A DNA stretch of 64,000 bases from a virus, in the IMG/VR virus record IMGVR_UViG_3300049043_000117, positions 32,001 through 96,000 of that record; one strand, 5' to 3'. Of the stretch, positions 25,301 through 38,153 are shown piece by piece (position 1 is the first letter of the stretch; every line of letters starts with the position of its first letter). Both the position numbers and the translations under genes were made by a program. Under the pieces are notes generated by a model that searched no databases, was not told the origin of the DNA, and saw only the letters and a program-made list of their open reading frames with translations.

Positions 25301-27834
25301 ATGTATTTCACCTATTGATCCATAATCAGATTCAATTGTGTGTATAGACCCAATACTCTCATAGTCCGTATCACCTACGAAAAGTATTGAATTCTCATTA
25401 TAATCATAAGATATAGCTTCAGATTTTTCACCAGAACTAAAGAGAGTTCCATCAGTATTATCTGGACTATAAACAACTTTTACATCAGCAGTTGGTTCAT
25501 CCCCATAAATGTTAAGATTTATCCATTCTGTAACTGCTGATCCACCAAAGGTTAAAGATCCAAATGGAGTTAGTGTATTATTATTGACTACTAATCCATT
25601 ATCCTCTTCTCCTGTGTATGTTTCAAGAATTGATCCATAATCAATAGAAGAAGTTATTGCATCAACTATTAATCCATTGTTTTCATTAATAAGTGATAAA
25701 ACAGAATCCTTAGTGTAATCATAAGTTACAGATTCGTCTAGAGTACCTACATTAAATAAAGAACCAGATCCAATTTCAGAATAAATTACGGGAGAATCTG
25801 CACTAGATCCAGAAAGTAAAATATTAGATGTTTCAATTGCAGGAACATAAGTCGTTTTTTCAATTAAAGTTCCACCAACATTAATAATCAATTTATTTTC
25901 TGGAGTTTGCGATTCTAAAATTTCAAATCCAGATCCACTAACAGAAATTTCACCAAATGGATATAAATCTTCAGAAACACTAGGACCGACAATGAATCCA
26001 AAATCATCTGTTGTGGAGTAAATTTCTGTTATTACTTCGTAGTTTTCAGAATTCGTATGAGCGTCAGAAATTAATCCATAATTGGTATCACCTACGAAAA
26101 GTATTGAATTCTCATTATAATCATAAGATATACCTTCAGATTTTTCACCAGAACTAAAGAGAGTTCCAGAAGTATTATCTGGACTATAAACAACTTTTAT
26201 ATCGACTTTTACTGCATAGAAATTAATATCAATATATTCAGTAGTTCCTGATTCCATTTAAAGTTAAAGATCCGAAAGGAGTTAATGTAGAAGATATATC
26301 AAAAGATCCATATGTCTCAACTTGACTACTAATTTCAGTTACTAATCCAATGTCTTCAAATTCTGTCGCTCAAAACACTTATAAACCCATAATTAATGTT
26401 GGTAAACTCAAAAGTTGATTCTAAATTGTAATCATAAGTTATAGACTCAACTTTTTCACCAAAACTAAAGAGAGTTCCAGAAGTATTGTCTGGACTATAA
26501 ACAACTTTTACCTCGGACTTTTGGAGCATAGAAATTAACATTAGTATATTCAGTAATCGCGGATCCATTTAAAGTTAAAGATCCAAAAGGATTTAATCCA
26601 CCAACCTCAGCAAGAGTTTGATAATTTCTAAATTCTATAGGTTCATCAGATAATATCCCATAGTTATCAAAATCTACAGCACTAACAGATACTGTTCCAA
26701 AATCTTCTTGACTTTCGATAACCCTAGAGTCTAAATTATAATCATATGCAACAGACTCTATGTTGTTTCCAACATTAAATACTGTCGCTATATTTTACCG
26801 GAGGATATAAACTACACTATAATTTGCAGTAATATTATAAATTCCAACATCAATTGGGGGAACAATTACTGCGGATCCAGTTAGATCCAATAGATCCAAA
26901 TGGTTCAACAGAATTAAAAACTATTAGATCAAAATCTTCACTTCCAGATGTAATTTCATTTAATATCAGACCATAATCAAAAACCTCTGTTGGGGAATTT
27001 GTTATTAATTCATAAGAATCTGATACGAGGGGGTTATCCGAATCTTCATTATAGTCATATGAAATTTTTTCTGTACTTGTAACTATTAGTTCTAAATTAA
27101 TAGTTTCTTCTGGAGGATTATAACTTACAAATTCCGTTGCAGCAGATCCTAATAATTGTAGTTGTAATAAAGACTCTGGCGGATTATATGTAACTTTTTC
27201 AACAGAACTCCGTCTAAATATATCTCCAGAGAATAATTGAAAACTACTTTTTGAATTGACACTTCCTGATTCCAAATAAGGAAATTATCCCTGTTGATGA
27301 AGATGTGGTTTGTAATCTTTCTGTAGCTCCATTAATCTTCTTGCTCCTTCGTCGATGACATCAAATATATTTCCATAATTTTCTGTTTGAGTTACTCCTC
27401 CATCAATTTGTCCATTATTTTCGGAAGAAAACTCTACAATCGACTCTAAATTATAATCATAGGTTATTTTTTCTATGCAAATACCAGAAGATCCCGATTC
27501 AACCGAATCGGGAATATTTTGTTTTATAAGAAAACTAGAAGAAGATCCTGTTATTTGTAATTCACATAAAGATTCTGGCGGGTTATATACAACACCTTCT
27601 AATTTTTCGTTAGAAAAATTAAAAATTATTGTTGATCCTACATATTTTTTAATAACATCTACACTTCCACTAGAAGATGTTACTATAACTGAAAATTGCG
27701 ATCTATATTCGTAAGATATTTTTTCGGAATATTCTAATCCAGAACTAAATGTAAGTGGGCAATCCTACAACACCACCACTCCATATTTCTGGATATCCAG
27801 TTGTTTACCACTGAGAAATGTAATTATAGTTCAT
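22351..27834 (-). CDS. Large acidic Ser/Thr/Gly-rich repetitive virion structural protein (~1,800 aa); frameshifted
   Basis: SD GGAGG then ATG at 27834; repeated YDYNExSI..DYG..PFGxxxxSG and YVGxGTxxxSG units; C-terminus QIPRTYVCII*. Confidence 0.7.
25368..26510. repeat. Near-identical intragenic direct repeats
   Basis: 115-nt copies at 25368-25482 and 26085-26199 differ at 3 positions; partial third copy at 26452-26510. Confidence 0.9.
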
Positions 27835-27879
27835 AATCGACCTCCACCAGAAACATCAGGTATTACTTTTCTTTTGAGG

Positions 27880-28203
27880 TCACCGGAAAAGTTGAAAAAT
27901 AATACTAAATCCAATCCATCTAAGAACAATCCCATAAAAAATAATTGATTTCAAATTAAGATCAATGTATTTTTTAAATATTGAAGTTTTTTTAGTATAC
28001 TTTGTTTTATTTCCAAATACTTTTATTGATCCAAATGGAATTAAAGTTTCATTGTGTGCAATTTCGTAATGATTTTCACTATCAACTGTGATATTAGTTA
28101 TATTTCCACAATCATCCGTCTCCCAAGAAGAATTTGTTATAGTGCCAAAATCTTCTTGAAAATAAGTATTAACCGTGGATGAATTATACTGATAGACATT
28201 CAT
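27880..28203 (-). CDS. Small protein carrying one unit of the YxYN..DFG..PFG repeat
   Basis: MNVYQYNSSTVNTYFQEDFG...LIPFGSIKVFG resembles the repeat unit of the downstream large protein. Confidence 0.65.
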   Translation of the reverse strand: MNVYQYNSSTVNTYFQEDFGTITNSSWETDDCGNITNITVDSENHYEIAHNETLIPFGSIKVFGNKTKYTKKTSIFKKYIDLNLKSIIFYGIVLRWIGFSIIFQLFR

Positions 28204-28232
28204 CTTGACACAACGATAAAAGACTCGATAAT

Positions 28233-28261
28233 AAAAAAGGGATTGTATTGATTACAATCCC
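28233..28261 (-). terminator. Rho-independent terminator
   Basis: Perfect 9-bp stem GGGATTGTA/TACAATCCC, followed by T6 on the minus strand. Confidence 0.85.
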
Positions 28262-28291
28262 GAAAAATAGAATAATATATTTATTTATCAA

Positions 28292-29299
28292 TCAGTCAAG
28301 AGCAACATTGAGAGTGATCTTAATTTGGTCTCCGTTGTTTTGAATGCTGTAAGGACCGTTTGTAAATCTTTCAGCGATACATGATTGAACTATATAAAGT
28401 CGCAGTATTAAGTCCTACAGTTGAACTTAATCTTGGTGAAAGAGATGGAGTTGTATAGAATTCATTTGCATTTGGAACATTGAATACTGTATAAGTTCCA
28501 GATGTAGTTGTTGTGTTACCAGTTCCTGCTGCAATATAAAGTACATCTCCAGCTACTAATTGATGGCCAGTTGCGGAAATTTTAGAAAAACTAAATGTAA
28601 CACTTGGGTCTGTAGCAACCTGAATGTTATCAATCAAGGCTTTGTCTAAATAGATAACTTTTAGTGCTCTATCAATACCAATGACTTGAGTTGATGTTTG
28701 AATTCCAGCATTACCACCAACAATCATTCCGAGAGTTAAATCATCAACGGTTTGATCTGGATCGATTGTAATGTATTGATTCCCAACAACTCCAATTACT
28801 GGGTCAGTGTTGTCACCTTTAGATATGGTAGTTCCAATACCAACACTTGCATAATGAACTTTGCCCTGCACTGCGACCGGCATGTTGTTTGCACGAGTTA
28901 CGTAATAACCGTAAACATCGCCAGGTCTCCAGTGAATGTAAATGTTTGTTCAGGATAAGTTGCAGTGGTTCCAGAACCAACATTATTAATTCTCCAACGA
29001 GAACCATTAAGAAGAATGCCTGTTTGTGATGTATATGTTTGATCAGATCTGTTATTTACGCAATATGGATATCCTGTAGTTGGAGCAAATCCATATGCAT
29101 TAGTATTACCAACTCCATATGGTTCATAATAAGCAGCTGCGGAAGGAACATCCGATTCTGCTGGAGTCGTATTACTGGTGAAGAGTTTGAGAACAAGGTT
29201 TCTGGGAGATTGATCAGCTAAAGATGCAGTATGATTATTCTGAGCAATCAAATACCTTAGTGACTCAATTTCTCCAATATTAGGAACTAAAAGTGCCAT
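28292..29299 (-). CDS. Conserved cyanophage virion structural protein; frameshifted
   Basis: MALLVPNIGEIESLRYLI..LVLKLFTSNTTPAESD; ATYPEQTFTFTG; C-terminus GPYSIQNNGDQIKITLNVALD*. Confidence 0.75.
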
Positions 29300-29342
29300 T
29301 TAAACAACTCCTTACAACTTGGTGACGTTTGATAACTATCTT

Positions 29343-29350
29343 TATTTATA
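29343..29350 (-). promoter_or_regulatory. T4-type late promoter TATAAATA
   Basis: Exact motif upstream of the ATG at 29299, which has SD AAGGAG. Confidence 0.75.
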
Positions 29351-30023
29351 ATTTTAATTTTAAAGAAATTAAAAATCGATTTATATTATTGACTGCAATG
29401 ACATCAAAAGTCAAAATATCACCTGCAATCAATATTTGTGTCCCAATTATTTAGTACATCATCTCTGACTTTTCTTGAATTGGAAAGTTGTGGATACACT
29501 CCACCAACTATGGATGCAAATGTTGGAAAATTACTATAATTTGACTTTTTAATATCTATTGTTAAATCTCCCTGTTGATCAGAAAGAATAGTCAAAGATT
29601 CTATTATTCCACTTACATCCAAAGTAACCGATCCTTTATTTCCCGCAGTCATTGCAATAGATCCACTATCAACAACATAATTGATGGTTCTAGTTAAATC
29701 TGCTGTTGTTGCAAGAGCAATAATAAAAACATCATCTCCAATGTCTGGAGCATTTGTAAAAATAATATTATTACTAGAAACGACGAAATCCTGAATTGGT
29801 TCTAGAACAACATTATTTAAACTAACAATAAGCTGTTGTTCATTAATAGGAACATAATTATTTCCAGTATAAAGTAAAGCAAAAGTATGTGCAACTCCAG
29901 TAAATTGTGAATTTATATTGTCAAGAATTACATTACCATATTGTATAGATTTTGTAGGAATTTCATAATCTACACCGATTCTAAACGGACGGGTTCATTG
30001 AGAGTTACTAAGTAGTCTGTCAT
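29346..30023 (-). CDS. Virion structural protein; frameshifted
   Basis: RIGVDYEIPTKSIQYGNVILDNINSQFTG, QLIVSLNNVVLEP, DLTRTINYVVDSGS..GNKGSVTLDVSG. Confidence 0.7.
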
Positions 30024-30353
30024 TATGATACTCCCGGAGTTACCAAAACATTTCCTTGAACAGCTCGAGTTCTATAAGAATTAGGAGAAATGAGAATAAC
30101 ATCATAAACATAACGGCCACCTTCAATGGAATCAGTTGCAGTAAACCCCATTGAAACAGCTATTTTTCCATTTAATCTGTCAACAAAAGAAAGAATTAAC
30201 GGATACGCAGTGGAAGAAGTTGGGTGTTTTCTAATAGAAGAAATGCCGTATACCCTGTTAAATTTAATGGTGCATTATTGGTGTTCCTGATTGTAAAGGT
30301 GACTGAAAGTCTACCCCCTGTTCAAGAACTAAGTTTACATTCCTTGCAGCCAT
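30023..30353 (-). CDS. Small conserved virion protein
   Basis: MAARNVNLVLEQGVDF...LNLTG...IRKHP...GRYVYDVIL...RAVQGNVLVTPGVS*; CATAAATA late-type promoter at 30374-30381. Confidence 0.7.
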
Positions 30354-30376
30354 TATTGGAAACCGTTTCTAAGTAT

Positions 30377-30620
30377 TTATGAATCTGGATGCAACTTTTC
30401 AATGATTATCTTCATCATTTCTTTTATTTCACCAACATCCGATTTCAATTTATCAATTTCGTTAATTTTATCATTGATTTGATTTAATCTTTCAACTTCC
30501 TGTGTTTTTGTTGTTTTTAATTTTAAATATTTTTCATAGTCAGAATTGGAACAATTTAAAATAGGCATTAGAATTTTTATCTCTAAACAATCCCATATTT
30601 CCTTCTACTGGTATTAACAT
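30377..30620 (-). CDS. Small conserved coiled-coil protein
   Basis: MLIPVEGNMGLFRDKNS..ILNCSNSDYEKYL...LKSDVGEIKEMMK; one frameshift. Confidence 0.65.
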
Positions 30621-30621
30621 A

Positions 30622-33600
30622 TCAAATGCTTGCAATTACTCTAAAATCTCTAATTTTTGGTACAAATGCAGAATTAGTTCCTGACATCAAAATTTTAATT
30701 TGGAATCCATTAAATTGTGATAAATTAGAAGCGGTAAATTCATAAGAATTGAAATTGTTTTCTGATATTGAATTTGCAACTTTTCTATCAGGCAATCCAC
30801 TATTTTTTGAAGGATCAATCACTTGTAAATTTATATCTAAATTATCATATCCGGGAAATAATTGCCAAAGCTGAGATTCTGATGGAGAATCAGATCTAAA
30901 GATTCTGTAACATACTCTAATATCATTTGTGGAGTGTTTAAAAGCGTCAAAGAAAACTTTTAAGTTATCTGAAGCTTTATCCAGAATAACAATATTACTT
31001 AAGTAAACTGCTGCTGTTGGGTCATCATCTAAAGAATTGACTCTTGAGTCAGTAGCATAATTTTGAATTTTGGAATTAATTCTATTAGAAACAGTAACTA
31101 TGTTTACTCTATCCAAATCAACCATTGGAGAAACTTTTTCATCATTTGTTTTTAATGACAATTCCATGGTAAATGATTTTTTGCCAGGAAAATCTGATAA
31201 AAATGTTTCTTCATTGATTTGAGAACAAATAATTCTTGGAGAATTGAATTCATTATTTGAATTCAAAGATATATCAACAAATCCTTGATCTAAGAAAGGT
31301 GTTAAGCTACTATCTGGAGTAGATCCACTAAAAGTTCTAACTTTTGCGGATATGGAAGTTTTTTGTGGTAATAATGTTTGTATATTTGGTCGAATAATAT
31401 TAAATGGTATGTTTTGAGTTGATTTGGGTCCCTTTGGGGATCCTAATAGAGGAACTGTATCATAAGACCCACAAGATTTATCGGCATTAAAATAAAGAGC
31501 TGGATATGAAAGAACGTTTGCTGGAGTTCTATCAACACCTCTACTACTCATACCAACTTTAATGTAGTAATAATCTAAGTCCGTTGGATATGTTACTAAA
31601 TCCGTATCAGATAAATTATGAGTTTTATTAATTCTTCTCAAAGATACACCATTTAATTCATATTTGAATATTGGAAGTTCGAGATCATATGATCCAGAAA
31701 TAGTATCATCAATATTTCTAGTTATTCCAGTTAAATTATTAGCAGCTGTTATTACTCCTGTATATCGAATAACTTCATTGTCTATCAAAATATATCCAGG
31801 ATTAACTGATGAAACTGGAAGATTTTCGAAACTGGTAAATATGCCTACAGAACTTACTACAATATTATCCGTAGATGTTGAATTGTATACAGATTTCAGT
31901 GTTTCTGGTTTTCGATCTGGCTCTATACCAGAAAGTGTCACTTTATCTACTAAAGAATACATACCATGATTATTGTGACTCACTTTAAAATGAAGACCAT
32001 CAACCAAATCAGTTATAGTTCTTACTGTTGCACCAGAAAGAAGTGAGGTTCCGGACGTGCCGACATAATATAGACTATCGACCGAATTTTGATTGAGAGT
32101 TCCTTGAACTCTATCCACTAACAAGGAATTAAAAGAAGATATTATTCCTACATTGTTTGGAATTGTAAGAATTAAATTATTTCCAAGTCCATCCGTTTGG
32201 GAATAATCAACTTTTAATGAATCTCCATAAGCATATCCAGTTCCACCAATGGAAACTGTTGCTGCAATAGTGACTCCGTTTTGAACACTTAGATTCACTT
32301 TTAGTTGCAAATCCAAAACCAGTCATTGAAATTACATTTATATTAGAATAAGTTTTAAATGTAGAAGTAAATCCAATTCCAGACGAAGTTATTATTAATG
32401 TGCTTCCGATTCCTACCGATCCTACTATACTCTTTAAATTCGATGTAAATTTTAAGTTATTGCTTTGCAATATGGGACTTCCTGGAGTCAATCCAGAAAC
32501 TTCAGACGAAGTTAAACTTTTTCCTAGTCCAATTAACGTTGATTTTGAAATACAATCTATTGGATTCGGTCTTAAAGTAACTATTTGATTATTGCCTATC
32601 GTCCAACTTTGGATTATAAAATCTAACTGTAGATGGTTCCGTTACAAATTTTGCTCTATAAAGAACCAGCTTCAAATCTTCTAATTGGCTTGGATCCCAA
32701 GTTGCACCATTTTGTGACTTGAATAGTGATCCCAATAAAGGTTGTTGTGAAACAACAATCTTTTGGGATTCCTGGCAAGTTTAGAGTAGTTACATCTTCT
32801 TCGCCCATTCTGGAAACCCAAACAGTATATTCATTTGATGCAGAAAGCTAAAACTACACAATAAGTCACTCTGCAGCTTCAAGATAAACTGGTGATGGGA
32901 AAGTAAATGTTGTTGGTGTTTTGCCATCATCAGATATATTAACTTGACTTGGATCTAAAACAACTTCTCCAAAAGGTATAATAGTTGTTGTAGGCAAACC
33001 AGTTTGCATAGTTCTAATTTGCATAGTAATTGGCAAATTTTTAGTGTCCTTAGATTTAAAGAACACATCACATTTTGTGATGAAAACTCCATTTTCATCA
33101 GGAACCTCGAAAGATTGTGCGAGAGGATCGACCCATCTGGTTTGAGTTTCCGTTCGATTTACAAAAGAAACTCCTAGCTAACACTGATGCAGACTGTTGG
33201 CTCGTTAACGTTCTCTCTTCGGTTCTATTACTTCTTTCAATAGTTGCATTTCTAGTTCTTAAAGTAATTTCTTCAGTATTCAGCTGAAAGTTCCAGATGA
33301 TCTAAACTTGGCGTCAGGAGTACTATCTGTTGATCCAACAATTGTTGAATTATTTGAACTGGTAGTAAGAGTAAAAGTTTTTGTTCCTGTTTCAAATGAT
33401 GGAGTAGATTGTAATTTTGAATTTGGAATAAACAACGATCCGATCAAAGTGCCACTAATATCAGTAACTAATCTAATATCTGTAATTTTTGCAACGGCTT
33501 TAGAAGTTTCTCCCTTTAATTGCATATTTGTAATTATGCGGCCATAAAATCCAGAGGACGCTTGCAATTCTAGAGAAGTAAGTATCAACATTTAATAAAT

Positions 33601-36600
33601 TAGAAGTTGTTGAATATAATACTGGTATAGATTGTCCCGGAACATAAGGATTTTCCACATAAACTTGTTCTGGTTTATTATAGGGCCCATACTTATGATT
33701 TGGAGTTGACAATCTAAATCTAATTGAAGTAGTTCCAACAGTACCGACAACAGTTTCTCCAATAATAAAAGTACCACTTTCCATTTGAACTTCGATAAGT
33801 TTTGGAACAATATACTTGTTCATATCAACATTATCAAAAAATGCATATAACCTTGTTTTTGGTTTTAATCTTCTTGCTATAAATTCAACGTTTCTGGATC
33901 GCATAGTGTGAATAACTTCGGTGGAAACCACAGATGATCCCAAATTAACTGAATCGAAACTTTCTCCAACTTTATATTGAATGCCTCTTCTAGACTGTTG
34001 TGTAGTAGTAAGAGTGGTGGAATTTGAAAACGTTATAAATTGATCTCTAAATGTTGATACGGTATCAACTCTTATGCCTCTGACCGCTCTCAAAACCTCC
34101 CCGATTATTTGTAGATCCCAAGAAAGTAGTCTCATTCAATCTAGTTATATTTTCTCTAGCAATTTCCCGTGTACCTGTCCAAGTGGTTTCCCAAGCACCC
34201 CAATCTACTGGTGATAACCCCGTATTAGTATCAGCGGATAATTGTTGAATTGTCGCCCTGTAATTTCCTTCTCTATCTATAGTTCTTGTCGTACCTCTAG
34301 TTTCAATCCACGTATCCGTTGCCGGGTTCAATTCTATAGCTCCAATCCAGTTAACAACATTAAATGGATTAACATTTTCAATTCTAGTTGCAAAAGTATT
34401 TTTCAAAAATACTTCATCACTATACTTTAAACAAATGACATCTCCGACTTTCACTATATTTGGACTTCCTAACTCTTTTACGAATCTCAAATCCACATCT
34501 GGATTTGAAACATTTGAATTTCCAATTACAAATTCTGACCCCAAAAGAAGATCTATCGAAGTAGTGTAATGTTGGGGCCTAAGAATTCCCTCTTTAGTAT
34601 CAATACTACACTTATATTGACTGTCTCCTAAAGATCCGGAACTTATAGATTTAAAATTGTCTACAAGAAAACCACATTTAAATCTATCTAACTGCGTTTG
34701 AGAATCTCTCAATGTTAAATTTTTAGTATCAGTTTCCAAAAGGGATAATGAAGTATAATATTCTATATTTCTGATCCTATCCTCAAGTTTAGAAATGTCT
34801 TTCATTCTATAACGTTTATGCGGAGATAATTGTACTAGTACATCTCCAACGTTATAAACGTATGGATTCATAGTGATTGTCGCTACTTCTAGAGCATTTT
34901 CAATACTTTCCGGAACAATAGGACTTGTTGATGGCACTCCTTTAGAAATAAAAAATTCACCATATTTGTTGAGATATAATTTGTCTATTCTACCAACGTA
35001 ATGTGAATAAGATAAAAATAAACTTTTATCTTTAGCAAAATTATAGGGAGTAGAGTTTGTTGAACTTAAAAATTTTCTTGAATCAAATTCAAATGGAGAA
35101 AAAGGAGTTATACTACTATTGTATGGAGTCACTCTACAGCTTGAAAATCAATAATATCACTTGATCTATAAAAAGAAATTTTAGGCAATTCTTGTGAATA
35201 TCTTTCACGTTCATATGAACTAACCGTTACAAAATCTCCATCATCATTCGAGTCAATATAATAATAATTATACACTATTTTTAATCTTTTGGTGGGAGAA
35301 GATATTTCAGATTTTCTTATTAATGATGAATAATCTGATATTTCTAAAGTTTGCCCACTATCAAAAATAAAATTTGATACAACATTTCGGTCACCTTCTA
35401 TCAACAAACTTACTGTGGCGGAAATATTTGATTCCGAAAAAGTAATTTTTTCTCCTTTAATAAAAGTATTTTCATTGGAATAGACAAATTCTAGTTGATT
35501 TGTGCCATTAGTAGACACAAATAATGCCACTGCATTACTGGATTGTCCATAAATTATTTCACCCTTGACCGCATTTAAAATATTTGCATTTAAATCAACA
35601 ACTTCTAATTTTGGTAATTCTGCATCAGTTGAATCTGAAGATTCAAACACCCCAACTACGGAAATTACATCAGGAACATTTAGTGATATTCTTTTATCTT
35701 GTACTCTTGTTCCATAGTAAGTACCATATGTTAAACCGTCATTAAGAGTGGTACTTCCTATTCCAGAAGAAGGGTTATTTGAACTTCTTACGTCCAAAAC
35801 TGCACACCTATTATAAATTTTCTTCCTAGCTTTCAATCTTCTTTTTCTTAAGGTAACTGTTAATGTTGCGGTGCCATTTTTACTCAGATTTACTAAGGTT
35901 AAAGTTCTTTCAGAAGTAATAGTAAATTGACTAGAAGTTAATTTTTCAATAGTTCCATCATTGAATACTAAAGAATAATCTTCTTCATCGAAGGGTTCTA
36001 ACGTTATTCTAGTATCACTTTCTAAAGTTGATGTTAGTCCATTTGATGCAATTGTTACAGAATAAGACTTCCTATATACTATTTCTCCATCAGAAAGATC
36101 AACACTTGCAACATTTGGTTTTTCTAATTCTGCAAATAAAAATGATTCTTTATTATTTAATAAAGTAGAAGTACCTTTAAACAAGTCATTTGTAGTTATT
36201 GAACTCGTCGGTAATCCGCCACTACTAACTCCAGTAACATTTGGCGTTGCTTGAATAGATATTGATTTTGCAGAAGTACTTACGGAAGTTACCCTATTAT
36301 AAGTTGGAACTGTTTGTCCTGGTTTTGTATAAACAAAAATATCTCCGGTATTAATTCCTACTCCAAAAGTTAAAGTAGATGCGGTTACTGTACTTATTCC
36401 ACCAGAGCCTGCAGAAATTGTAAAACTGGTTCCTTGTGATGCAAGAGGTATTCCTACAGATATTACTGGATCAGGAGTAAATGATGTAGTCGATCCTACA
36501 TATCCAACGATTTGTTTAATATCTCCAAGATTGTAGTCTCTAACCGCTGTTATTGTTCTGGAGATATCTTGTCCATTAATTTTTAATTGTTCTCCAACAA

Positions 36601-38148
36601 CAAAATTTCCAGAAACTTGATATAAAACTGCCTGAAGAGCTATTTGTAATGTTTGAAACCAAATATCCAGATGCTGAACTATTTTTACCTTCAATAAATG
36701 CAGGTTTTGATAAAGTTATAGTGGCATTTAATGTCAAATATGTATAAGTCTGCAAATCATAAACTGATCCTTCAAAAATTGTAGTTGCATCTACATATGC
36801 TTGATTTTTTAATTTTAAATCATAGACTCTACCAACTCCTATAGGAATCCCAGATGACAGTCCGGGTGTTGATGTTCTATTTGAATATAAGGTTACTTGA
36901 CTTGTAGAACCAAATCCAACTGGAACCGTTCCATAAACATTATTAAGTTCTATTTGATTGCCCAAACTGAAAGGAATGGTTGTATCTTTTATAGTTTCTG
37001 TGGTTCTTGGTTTTTCTAAATCTGCATTTACTGTTATAAGAGTTTCTACCTCATATCCTTTAACATATGCTTTTCCCGGAGAAATTTGCAATGTTAATAA
37101 ATCATCTGAGGGAGTATTTCCTTGTTTTGTTTGTTGTCCGAATTGTAGACACCGTTGTTTCCTATTCGATTATTTAATGACTCTTTGCAAAAACTTTAAA
37201 TGGTGTTATATAGTAATCTCCAGATTCATCATTAGTTCTTCGTGCTAATTCATCAGCCAAAAGTAACGATGTATTTTCTTTCTTGGTGACTTTTTTAATA
37301 AGACCGTTTTCAAGTCTAAGTAATTCTACAAAATTTTCATCATTAAAATCATCAATAGATTTTTTTATTAGAGTTGCTACAATTCTGAGTCTATCCGCTC
37401 CTGGGGCGTAAAATTTGAAAATCCTCTAGCATTATCAAACAAATCAGAATTTGCTTGAGATGGAACGGCTATATCTTCAAAAATAGATAATCCAACTCTA
37501 TAAGAGGGAAGATTAGAATATTGGTCAAGTATTACAGTTTGAGGAAAAACATCTACAAAAAATCCTCTTATAAAATATACGCCTTCCTCTATTTTTGCTG
37601 CAGAACCTGTAACAGTAGAATTTGATATAATAGTAGTTGCAAATGATGACTCTAATCTAATAACTCCTAATCCATAATCAATATTTTCCAAAACAATAAG
37701 ATTTTCACCATCGACAAAAGTATTACGAACAAAATCGGTTTCACTAGAACTTTGATATTTTATATACAAAGTAAAGGTGTCATTTTCAGACTCTTCACTA
37801 GTAATGTAATTTTCAATTTTGGCGAAAACTCCACTTGTTTCACCCTTTATCAATTTTCCAACTAAATTCTGGAAATATGTAATAACTGGAATACTTAGGT
37901 GAGTTGGATCAATTTGGGACACAACTATATTCAGAATCATAAGCTACATTTCCGGGAATAACTACAGATCCCTCTTTGAAAAAATTTTTTCCAAATTTTT
38001 CAACTTGATTTTGTAAAATGGATTGAAGTGTTGTGAGTTCTCTTGCTTGAATTGGAGTTCCTGGTTTAAATAAAACTCTTTGATAATTTTTTTGAGGATC
38101 AAAATCATCAAAGTATGGAGACGTATTTAGATTAGTGTTTTGTGCCAT
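30622..38148 (-). CDS. Large virion structural protein, VrlC/DUF4815-like (~2,500 aa); frameshifted
   Basis: MAQNTNLNTSPYFDDFD..RVLFKPGTPIQARELTTLQSILQNQ; ISPGKAYVKGYEV; RYRMKDISKLEDRIRNIEYYTSLSLLE; DPLAQSF; C-terminus PKIRDFRVIASI*. Confidence 0.85.
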
Positions 38149-38153
38149 TTTTA

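Noticed and set aside
25368-26510. CRISPR-like array
   Set aside because: The repeats are long, in frame within a coding region and irregularly spaced, with no constant repeat-spacer period.
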